Positions 22,903 to 30,939 of a stretch of 32,000 nt of DNA are shown here, in pieces (the first letter of the stretch is position 1; every line of letters starts with the position of its first letter). Where the stretch lies: contig CP060262.1 in assembly GCA_022646745.1 (NCBI GenBank), forward strand, positions 3,060,001-3,092,000, in the 5' to 3' direction. The notes below the pieces were generated by a model. That model was not told the DNA's origin. It saw only the letters and a list, made by a program, of their open reading frames with translations, and did no database searches. The DNA comes from Planctomycetales bacterium (GTDB lineage Bacteria > 4484-113 > JAFGCY01). The position numbers and the translations under genes were made by a program.

Positions 22903-25212
22903 TCAGCTGACGTTCAGTGTGAATTCGACCCGCACCGGATCTGGCTGGATCTTGTGCTCGGCAATGACGCGCAAGGCCCGCGGCACAAATGTCGGATCAG
23001 TCTTGCGCGGGTCCCAAAGCGCCTCGAAGTTCAGTGTCTCGCCGGGGTTGATCGTCTGCTTCTCCTCCGTCTGCACGAAGAAGCGGTTGGAATTGAAGTT
23101 CCAGACGAGGTTGTCACCGTCCATCACGAGGAAGTTGCAGAACTCAGATGTCGGATAGCTGAGTTGGGCTCGTTGGGTGCCGGTGTTCAGCACATCCAGC
23201 TTGAAGCGGTATGTGCCGATGTCGCGGCCGGGCAGCACGGTGAAGTTGTAGACCAGGCCGTCGCGGTTGACGGTCTCACTGCCCATCACCTCCGGCAGGC
23301 TGCCGCTGCTGACCGGGCGAACGTCCTCTATCATATCCTCGACGCGGCTGGTGGCCTCGTCAATCGTGCTGGCGGCGTCATTGCGGACCTCGTCAACCTG
23401 CTCACTGACATCGTTGCTGACGTCATCCAGCCGGGTGTCGTCCAGTTGCACCGGGTCTTCGTTGTCATCAATGATCGGGTTGCCGTTGCGGTCGTAACGT
23501 GTCAGGTCATTGTTGCCGGAAACAGGCGGAGGCGTGCTGGTGGCCGGCTCGTAGTCATTGCTGCTGCCGCCCGGGATGTCATCCGTCACCGGACGCTGGT
23601 TGACCTCGTCATCCAGCGGAGCATTGTCCTGTACCGGCTGGGCGCTGGCTGAGGAGTTGTCATAGCCGGGCTGCTGGTTGCTTGCCATGTACTGCGGCTC
23701 GTCATCACGCACCACGAAGTTGATGCGGTTGCTGAGGATCGCACTGGCAGGCTGGCCGCTCTGCAGGGTGTCCTGCACCATGTCGCGGATCAGGTATCCG
23801 GTGTTGCGCCGCGTCTCGATCGTGCCCAGCGTGGAATAGCCAAGGTTGCCGTTGGCAAGGTAGTCCGATGTTGCCAGGCGGTAGGTGGCGAACATGTCGA
23901 CAGGCTGGCCGTTGACCATCACGTCATAGGCCCGTGAATTGGCGATGCCGAAGCTCAGTCCGCTGACCTGCGGGAATCCGGGCTTGCCGATGTTGCCGGC
24001 ACCTTCAGACAGCACCTGCACCAGTTCCGCCCCGGTCAGGGTCAGCACCATTCCGTAATGGTCATAGGGCAGGGCACTGTAAAGTTCGCTGAGGGTGATG
24101 TCCCCCTGCGGAATGTCGCCACGGAAGAAGGCGGCTGGCAGCAGTGACACATCAGCACTGCTGCGTGCCTTCAGCACGTCGCAGACATAGTTGCCAAGTT
24201 CCGTCTCGCTGCTGAACACCTTCAGGTTGCTAAAGCGCTGCTTGCTGGTGCCGGCGATACGGGACAGGCGTTCGCCGAGCTGGGCCTGGTACTTGGCCAG
24301 CCAGTCCACATAGTCGGAGTTTTCGACCCACTTGCCGCTCATCGGCTCCAGCAGCGAATCGAAGTACTTGTTTTCCCAGTCCGCGCCGGTGCGCTGGAAG
24401 GACAACTTGAGCAGGCCGACGTTCTTGCCGTATTCGCCGTCGTGCACGATCAGCGTGCGCCCGACCTTCATCGGCACCTGCAGTTCGGAGTGGCTCATGC
24501 CGCCCACGATCACGTCGATCTCCTGCAGCTTGCTGGAGAGGCGGATGTCCTCATCAATCCCGAGATGCGTCAGGGCAACGATGATGTCGGACTGCGCCGC
24601 CAGCTGGGGCACGAGCTGCTCGGCCATGGCGATCGGGTCCATCACCTGCAGGCCGCGGAACTTCTCCGGCGGCAGCTGGTCGTCAATATCAGCGCTTGTC
24701 AGGCCGAGGATGGCGATGCGCAGTCCCCCACGCTCAATGATCACGTAGGGCTTGGCGAATGGCTCACCGTCGCTGGCATTGACGATGTTGGCCGAGAGTA
24801 TCGGGAATTCCGCCTCACCCATCAGGGCCCGCAGGCGGTCAACGCCGTAGTCGAACTCATGCACGCCTAGGCACATCGCGTCGTACTTCAGGCGGTTCAT
24901 CGCCACGATGTCCAGCCAGCCCTCAAAGGCGTTGCTCAGCGGCGTACCGGAAATGGCGTCGCCACTGTCCAGTGTGAGCCAGACCATGTCGGAGTGGCGG
25001 CGCTTGTCCTGGAAGTAGATTGCCCGCTTGGCAACGCCGCCGACCGGCTTCTTTGAGTCGTAGTAGAAGCTCGACAGGTGGCCCTGGGTATCTCCCGTGT
25101 AGAGGATCGAGAGATTGTGTGTCTCGGACTGTGCTGACGCAGGTTTGCCCTGTGACAGCACCGCCATGAACAGCACCAGGCTTAGCAGCAAGATTCGTTT
25201 CATTCTTTCCAT
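22903..25212 (-). CDS. secreted 5'-nucleotidase/UshA-family metallophosphatase homologue with acidic linker and C-terminal BsuPI-like (protease-inhibitor Ig-fold) domain
   Basis: Signal peptide MKRILLLSLVLFMAVLSQGKPASA. The calcineurin-like N-domain and the 5'-nucleotidase C-domain align with UshA blocks (ILYTGDTQGH, LDSGDAISG, YDAMCLGVHEFD, ALTHLG, VGGMSHS, FFRGDI). A D/N/E/S-rich linker of about 130 aa follows. The last roughly 120 aa resemble B. subtilis Ipi/BsuPI (AQLSYPTSEFCNFLVMDGDNLVWNFNSNRFFVQTEEKQTINPGETLNFEALW). Start is one of ATG 25218, 25212 or 25203. Confidence 0.85.
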   Translation of the reverse strand: MERMKRILLLSLVLFMAVLSQGKPASAQSETHNLSILYTGDTQGHLSSFYYDSKKPVGGVAKRAIYFQDKRRHSDMVWLTLDSGDAISGTPLSNAFEGWLDIVAMNRLKYDAMCLGVHEFDYGVDRLRALMGEAEFPILSANIVNASDGEPFAKPYVIIERGGLRIAILGLTSADIDDQLPPEKFRGLQVMDPIAMAEQLVPQLAAQSDIIVALTHLGIDEDIRLSSKLQEIDVIVGGMSHSELQVPMKVGRTLIVHDGEYGKNVGLLKLSFQRTGADWENKYFDSLLEPMSGKWVENSDYVDWLAKYQAQLGERLSRIAGTSKQRFSNLKVFSSETELGNYVCDVLKARSSADVSLLPAAFFRGDIPQGDITLSELYSALPYDHYGMVLTLTGAELVQVLSEGAGNIGKPGFPQVSGLSFGIANSRAYDVMVNGQPVDMFATYRLATSDYLANGNLGYSTLGTIETRRNTGYLIRDMVQDTLQSGQPASAILSNRINFVVRDDEPQYMASNQQPGYDNSSASAQPVQDNAPLDDEVNQRPVTDDIPGGSSNDYEPATSTPPPVSGNNDLTRYDRNGNPIIDDNEDPVQLDDTRLDDVSNDVSEQVDEVRNDAASTIDEATSRVEDMIEDVRPVSSGSLPEVMGSETVNRDGLVYNFTVLPGRDIGTYRFKLDVLNTGTQRAQLSYPTSEFCNFLVMDGDNLVWNFNSNRFFVQTEEKQTINPGETLNFEALWDPRKTDPTFVPRALRVIAEHKIQPDPVRVEFTLNVS

Positions 25213-25373
25213 ATGCATTCCATCCGGGAGGGACAGCGGAACACTTGATAAACCCACAGCCCTTCACTGGCCGGGGCCGGACGCACATACAGGCGGCCGA
25301 AACCGGCAGGATGTCATATAATCGGAATGGTCAATAGTGATCACAAACATTTCACCATAACGCAAAGCGACAC

Positions 25374-26003
25374 ATGTCAAGCAAAGACAACAAGGGGAAT
25401 AAAGGAGCACGGCAGCAGGAGCCAAGGCCGAGTTTCGGTGGCCTGTTGCCCTTCCTGCTGCTGGGGGCGGTGATCCTTGCAATCGCGATCTGGCAGTTCA
25501 TGGGATTCAGTTCCACGGAGCGGGAGCAGCTCGCGGAAGTCAAGCAGCAGGTGCAACAGAAGCAGGACCTGCGCAAGCTGCACGAGGAATTCGTCAAGGA
25601 CGAAGCAGACAAGCGAAAGCAGGCTAAGGAAGCAAATGAAGTGCTTGGGCTTGACCCGGAGTACCCCAGCTGGCTGTTCCCAATATACGAAGGGATGCAG
25701 ATCAGCGAAACCAGCCGTGAGGAGGCCACATCTTCCCTCGGTGAAGCGATGGACAAGTGGCATGTGAAGGGCACGGTGGATGCGGAGCTGAAGGATATCC
25801 AGCAGTTCTACAAGGACAGGCTGCAGGAGGCGGGTTTCCGCCAGACCCAGTACATCTCCATCCCCAATGGCTACGCCTTCAACTACGCGAATGAGTGGTA
25901 TGACACGGCATTCGAAATCGAGAAGAAGGAAGGCGATGAACTGCCCGGAGTGGACATCACGATCTACCGTGTGCGCGATGATTCAGTGAAGTTCAGCAAC
26001 TGA
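25374..26003 (+). CDS. hypothetical single-pass membrane protein with coiled-coil and small extracytoplasmic domain
   Basis: 209 aa with a basic N-terminus, one TM helix (LLPFLLLGAVILAIAIWQF), a K/E/Q-rich stretch and then a roughly 100-aa globular region. Codon usage is coding-like. No clear Shine-Dalgarno and no family recognised. Confidence 0.6.
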   Translation: MSSKDNKGNKGARQQEPRPSFGGLLPFLLLGAVILAIAIWQFMGFSSTEREQLAEVKQQVQQKQDLRKLHEEFVKDEADKRKQAKEANEVLGLDPEYPSWLFPIYEGMQISETSREEATSSLGEAMDKWHVKGTVDAELKDIQQFYKDRLQEAGFRQTQYISIPNGYAFNYANEWYDTAFEIEKKEGDELPGVDITIYRVRDDSVKFSN

Positions 26004-28424
26004 TACGCCGACGCCGCCTTCATTCATTTCCGCGAAGCGCACATTGCGCACATTGCCATGCTTCTTCAGGTAGGCCTGCACGAAGGCGCGCAGCCGGCCT
26101 GTGCCGACACCGTGCATCACTCGGATCGTGCCGATGTTTCCCAGCAGCGCCTGGCTGATGAACACATCCAGTTCCGCAGTGGCTTCCTCAACGGTATGTC
26201 CGTGCAGGTCGATGGTGTCGCTGCTTTCAGCGGTGCCTTCGCGGAAGTTGCGCTCAGTCCGTGAGCGGGCCCGGTCGAGGTACTCCAGCGCTCCGGCCTT
26301 CTTCGTTTCCTTGTTCTGGCCGGGGGCCAGGCTGAGCTTTGATACCTTGATCGTCAGCTTCTTGCCGGCCACGTTGATAATGCATTCGCGGCCGTTCTTT
26401 GTGAACTCCAGCAGCTCGCCGCGCAGGGCTGAGCCCTCGATCATCACCTGGTCACCGAGCTGCAGTTCGCGGTCCGGCACCGCCACGTTCTCCACGGGCA
26501 GGCCGTGCTCGGCCAGGATGTCCTGGAATTCCTGCTGAAATTCCTCCTTGCGCAGGTTGGCAATTCGCGCTGTCTTGCTGGCGGCCTTGACATAGTCATC
26601 CTGCTTCTTGACGCTCTTGCGGGTCCGCTCGCGCAGCTTCTTGTTCGTGCTGCGCAGCAGCTCATCCATCCGCTCCTCGAGCTTCTGCTTGAGCTGCTCG
26701 GCCTGCTTGCTGACCTTGCGGCGGGCCTCCAATAGGTCCGCATTCAGTGCAGCATTCTCATCGCGCAGCTTGGCAAGTTCGGCTGCCTGCGTACGAGCCT
26801 CGCTGCGTTGCTCATCAGCATCGCGGCGCAGCAGCTCGATCTCACCGATCGCACCCGACATCTTGCCGGCCTCCTCGCTGATGGCGGATTCGGCGATCTG
26901 CAGCACGCTCTCGTCGATGCCCCAGTTGCGTGCGATCTTCAGCGCATAGGAACTGCCGGGCTGGCCATCCAGGACGCGGTAGGTTGCTGTCAACTTCTGC
27001 TGGTCGAACTCGAGGCTGACGTTCTTGACGTCACTGCGCTCAAAGCCAAGCGTCTTCAGCAGGTCGTAGTGCGTTGTCACCGCCACAAGCACGGGCTTGT
27101 CAAGCAGCGCACGGATCAGGCCATAGGCAAAGGCACTGCCCTCGGAGGGCTCGGTGCCAGTGCCGATCTCGTCAATCAGTACCAGCAGCGGGTAGTCCCG
27201 GCTGCTCATCTCAGCGAGTCGATTCCACAGCTCGCTGATGAAGTGCAGGTGCCCCGTGAAAGTGGACAGGTTGGCAATCGTGCTCTGGTCGTCGCCGATG
27301 TCGGCCATGATCCCGCTGATCACCGGTAACTCGGCCTGACCCGGAACCAGGCAGCCCAGTGCGGACATCAGGCTGTAGATTCCCAGCAGCTTCAGCAGCA
27401 CCGTCTTGCCGCCGGCATTCACGCCGCTGACAACAAGCGCTTTCTCTGATTCGAAGTACAGGTCCTCCGGGATGAAGTCCTGGTGGAGCAGGGGATGCAC
27501 CGCCCGTTCAAGCCGGTAGCCGCCACCACTGTTGATCCGCGGCCGGTTGCCACCGATGCTGCGGCTGAAGCGTGCGCGGGCAATCACGAAATCAACCTGC
27601 GCGAGGATCGACAGGTTACTGGCAAGCACCTGCCTGCGCTGCGAAACCTGCATTGCATAGTCGCGCAGGATGCGGCCGACTTCCTGGGCCTCTGCCACGA
27701 ACAGGTGTTGCCGTTCCGCATTAAGATGCGAGACCTGGGCCGGTTCGAAATAGATGCTCTGGCCACTGCCTGACACGTCAACGATGCTGCCCTTGAATGA
27801 GCTGGCCATTCCACGTGGCATCACCACCACGAAGCGGTTGCTGCGGATGGTGACCATCGGCTTCTCGCCGCTGCCCTTTTCCACACTGGACAGCACATCG
27901 CGCAGGCTGTTTGACACCTCGCTTTCGAAGCGGCGCAGCTTCTGGCGGATGCGGTCAAGCTCCGGACTGGCACTGTCCCGTACCTCGCCATCCTCGTTGA
28001 AGACGCGGGAGGTGAGCGAGACCAGGTCATCGAGGCCCTGCCAGGCAGCCCAGATCTCACTGAGCCGTGGGTAGCGCTCAAGGCTGAAATGCCGGCGCCA
28101 GTTCTCGAATTGTTGCGTCAGCGCAAAAAAGCGGATCAGCTGGCGGGCCTCGGACTGGTCGATCTGGGCGCCGCTGGCCATTGCGGCCCACAGTCCGTTC
28201 AGGTCCTCCAGGCGGCCAAAGTCCGGCCGGTCGATGCTTGGGTTGCTGTCCACGAAGCGGATGTATTCCTCAGTCTGGTCGAGGTTCTGCTCGATTCGCG
28301 AGGGGTGGAATACGACATCAATGCCGCGGATCAGTGCGCGCGTCAGCTCGCTGCCTGCGAATCCGGCAATCCGGTCGAGCAGGCGGTCGAACTCCAGGCT
28401 GGCATATTGATGGGCGGCGCTCAC
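25983..28424 (-). CDS. mutS2: endonuclease MutS2 (MutS domain V ATPase plus C-terminal Smr domain)
   Basis: Walker A GVNAGGKTVLLK, LVLIDEIGTGTEPSEG, and a C-terminal Smr domain (IDLHGHTVEEA...VMHGVGTGRLR). GTG start at 28424 gives the typical x8-LEF N-terminus. Confidence 0.93.
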   Translation of the reverse strand: MSAAHQYASLEFDRLLDRIAGFAGSELTRALIRGIDVVFHPSRIEQNLDQTEEYIRFVDSNPSIDRPDFGRLEDLNGLWAAMASGAQIDQSEARQLIRFFALTQQFENWRRHFSLERYPRLSEIWAAWQGLDDLVSLTSRVFNEDGEVRDSASPELDRIRQKLRRFESEVSNSLRDVLSSVEKGSGEKPMVTIRSNRFVVVMPRGMASSFKGSIVDVSGSGQSIYFEPAQVSHLNAERQHLFVAEAQEVGRILRDYAMQVSQRRQVLASNLSILAQVDFVIARARFSRSIGGNRPRINSGGGYRLERAVHPLLHQDFIPEDLYFESEKALVVSGVNAGGKTVLLKLLGIYSLMSALGCLVPGQAELPVISGIMADIGDDQSTIANLSTFTGHLHFISELWNRLAEMSSRDYPLLVLIDEIGTGTEPSEGSAFAYGLIRALLDKPVLVAVTTHYDLLKTLGFERSDVKNVSLEFDQQKLTATYRVLDGQPGSSYALKIARNWGIDESVLQIAESAISEEAGKMSGAIGEIELLRRDADEQRSEARTQAAELAKLRDENAALNADLLEARRKVSKQAEQLKQKLEERMDELLRSTNKKLRERTRKSVKKQDDYVKAASKTARIANLRKEEFQQEFQDILAEHGLPVENVAVPDRELQLGDQVMIEGSALRGELLEFTKNGRECIINVAGKKLTIKVSKLSLAPGQNKETKKAGALEYLDRARSRTERNFREGTAESSDTIDLHGHTVEEATAELDVFISQALLGNIGTIRVMHGVGTGRLRAFVQAYLKKHGNVRNVRFAEMNEGGVGVSVAELH

Positions 28425-28448
28425 GGCTATGAATTCTACCCGCCGCGG

Positions 28449-29693
28449 CTATTCATATCGCAGGGCGATGATCGGATCCAGCTGTCCGGCCCGCCAGGCG
28501 GGATAGACACCGAAGCCCAGGCCCATCGCCAGCATGGCGATTCCGACGATTACAACCCACTGCAGTGGCACGCTCGGCTGCCAGGAGACATCAAGTGCGT
28601 TCTTCATGATGATCGAGACCACGCCGCCCTGTGCGTAGCCGATTGCGATGCCGAGCATGCCGCCGACCAGGGTCAGCGTGACGCTTTCCACCAGGAACTG
28701 GATTGCGATCGTACCGGCGGTGGCCCCCAGTGCCTTGCGCAGGCCGATCTCGCGTGTCCGTTCCTGCACGCTGACGAGCATGATGTTCATCACCCCGATG
28801 CCGCCGACAACCAGTGCGATCAGTGCGATCACGCCAAACACCATGATCAGGGAATTGACGAATGTGTTGGCGAACTCGGCCCAGTCATCCGGCGTGGTGA
28901 TGGAGAAGTCGTCATCCTTGCCGCTCTTGATGCGGCGGCTGGCGCGGAGGCGCGATGAAATGTCCTCCTTGGCCTGCTGGAGGTTTTCGCTGTCAAACAG
29001 CTTGACAGACATCCAGTAGATGTCGTCGCTGCCGAACACGCGGGAGGCCGCTGTCTGCATCGGGATGTGGATGCTCTTGTTGAACTGGCCGCCGCCGGTC
29101 ATCGCGCTCTTGCTCTTGAGCACGCCGACCACCCTGTAGCGCGCTCCCTCCACCGTGAGGTAACTGTCGATGATCTGTTCCTGCGGGTCGTACAGCTCCT
29201 TCTTGATGTCAGCGCCGACGACGCAGACCATTGCGCGGCCCATTTCCTCGCCGCGTGTATACAGCCTGCCGTAGTCAATCTCGAGGTTGTCAATCGGGAA
29301 GTAGTTGTACGGTGATCCGTAGACCATCAGGTTGGCACTGCGCCAGCCATGCTTCACCAGCGCGCTGTTCTTGATATTGCCGCCGATCACCCCGGAAACA
29401 TACTCGGACTCTCGGATCGCATCCATGTCGCGCATCTTGAACAGCTTTATACCGGTTGGCACGCGACCCGGTTCCATCGGCGCATCCGGCATCACGAACA
29501 CCACGTCGCCGGTCGCCATGCTGGCCATGTTGCCCTTGAACACCTCGCGAAGTCCCTCACCGAGCGAAACGATGGTGACAACGCCGCCAACGCCGATCAG
29601 GATGCCGAGGATCGTCAGGAAGCTGCGCACCTTGTGCTTCATCACCTGGCGCAGTGCAAGCCGGAACACTGAGAAGAGGAATGAACTAGTCAA
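28449..29693 (-). CDS. MacB/FtsX-type ABC transporter permease (MacB periplasmic core domain plus FtsX-like TM bundle), paralogue 2
   Basis: 414 aa with an N-terminal TM helix (FLTILGILIGVGGVVTIVSLG), a large periplasmic domain, and a C-terminal region with ERTREIGLRKALGA and VYPAWRAGQLDPIIALRYE. Confidence 0.9.
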   Translation of the reverse strand: MTSSFLFSVFRLALRQVMKHKVRSFLTILGILIGVGGVVTIVSLGEGLREVFKGNMASMATGDVVFVMPDAPMEPGRVPTGIKLFKMRDMDAIRESEYVSGVIGGNIKNSALVKHGWRSANLMVYGSPYNYFPIDNLEIDYGRLYTRGEEMGRAMVCVVGADIKKELYDPQEQIIDSYLTVEGARYRVVGVLKSKSAMTGGGQFNKSIHIPMQTAASRVFGSDDIYWMSVKLFDSENLQQAKEDISSRLRASRRIKSGKDDDFSITTPDDWAEFANTFVNSLIMVFGVIALIALVVGGIGVMNIMLVSVQERTREIGLRKALGATAGTIAIQFLVESVTLTLVGGMLGIAIGYAQGGVVSIIMKNALDVSWQPSVPLQWVVIVGIAMLAMGLGFGVYPAWRAGQLDPIIALRYE

Positions 29694-30924
29694 AGCGCAT
29701 CGCCTCCACAGGATCGAGCTTGCTGGCCTTCCAGGCTGGGTAGACGCCGAACACCAGCCCGATGAAGATCGACACGAGAACGCTGTAGACCAGCCATTGC
29801 ATCGGGATCACGGCAATCCATGTCCCGTCAATCGTCTTCTCGAGCATGATGGCAGCCAGCTTTGCGAGTCCGTATCCGCTCAGCACGCCGAACATGCCGC
29901 CGGTCAGGGTCAGCATGATGGATTCGATGATGAACTGGGTCAGCACGGCGGGGCGGGGTGCCCCCAGGGCAAGCCTGAGGCCGATCTCCTTCGTGCGTTC
30001 GGTCACGCTGACAAGCATGATGTTCATGATGCCGACGCCACCGACCAGAAGCGAGATGAAGGCAACGCCGCCGAAGATCGAGATCAGCACGTTGAGGAAC
30101 TGGTTGCCGATCTCGAGGAACTGGTCAGGGCTGATGAACTGGAAGTCGTCATCGGAAGCGTTGCGGATCCTGCGGCGCTGCCGCATGATTGTGGCAACCT
30201 CCTCCTTCGCTTCCTTCACGTCCGCGCCATCTGCAAGGTATAGGCTGACCCAGAACACGTCATCATTGCCGATGATGCGCTTCTGCACAGTGCTGACCGG
30301 GCTGAGGAAGCCCGTGTCAGGGTTCGGCGCTCCGTCAAAGATGTTCTTGCGCTTCTCGATCAGGCCGATGATCTCGTAATTTGTTCCGTTCAGGCGGACC
30401 TGGCTGCCAACGGCATTTTCATAGTCCTCGAACAGGTCGTCCATTATGTCGTGGCCGATGACGACGACGCGGGACGCGCCATTCACTTCGGCCTGGGTGA
30501 AGAAGCGGCCCTGTTCGATCTTCTCCGGGATGTCATCCATGTAGTCAGCCGCTACTCCGAGCACATGCCCGTTCGTCGTGTTGTTGCCATGCTTGGCGGT
30601 GACTCCCACGTCTATCGCCGGTATCACGTCGCGCACGAGGGTGGTCTGTTCCTCGACGGCGCGCATGTCGTCCATCGTGAACATCTTCATCGGCTGGCGC
30701 GCCTGTCCCGGCCGCTTAGGCGCGACAGGTGTCATGAAGAACACGTCACCACCCATCGATGTGATGTTGGCAGTGAACTGGTGCCGCAGGCCCTCACCAA
30801 GGCTGACGATGGCGATCACCGCGCCGACTCCGAGGATGATGCCCAGCAGTGTCAGCAGGCTGCGCAGCTTGTTGCGCATCAGCATCCTGTAGCCGATCAC
30901 CAGGCTGAGCCAGATCGTCCGCAT
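29686..30924 (-). CDS. MacB/FtsX-type ABC transporter permease, paralogue 1
   Basis: 412 aa with the same architecture (ERTKEIGLRLALGA, VYPAWKASKLDPVEAMRFD). Its 3' end overlaps the next permease start by 8 nt. Confidence 0.9.
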   Translation of the reverse strand: MRTIWLSLVIGYRMLMRNKLRSLLTLLGIILGVGAVIAIVSLGEGLRHQFTANITSMGGDVFFMTPVAPKRPGQARQPMKMFTMDDMRAVEEQTTLVRDVIPAIDVGVTAKHGNNTTNGHVLGVAADYMDDIPEKIEQGRFFTQAEVNGASRVVVIGHDIMDDLFEDYENAVGSQVRLNGTNYEIIGLIEKRKNIFDGAPNPDTGFLSPVSTVQKRIIGNDDVFWVSLYLADGADVKEAKEEVATIMRQRRRIRNASDDDFQFISPDQFLEIGNQFLNVLISIFGGVAFISLLVGGVGIMNIMLVSVTERTKEIGLRLALGAPRPAVLTQFIIESIMLTLTGGMFGVLSGYGLAKLAAIMLEKTIDGTWIAVIPMQWLVYSVLVSIFIGLVFGVYPAWKASKLDPVEAMRFD

Positions 30925-30939
30925 CAGTCAGTTGCCTTC

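Noticed and set aside
23295-23685. Acidic low-complexity region of the nucleotidase gene examined for DNA-level tandem repeats or a separate gene
   Set aside because: The reading frame is continuous with both flanking domains, and I saw no periodic nucleotide repeat. Interpreted as an interdomain linker.
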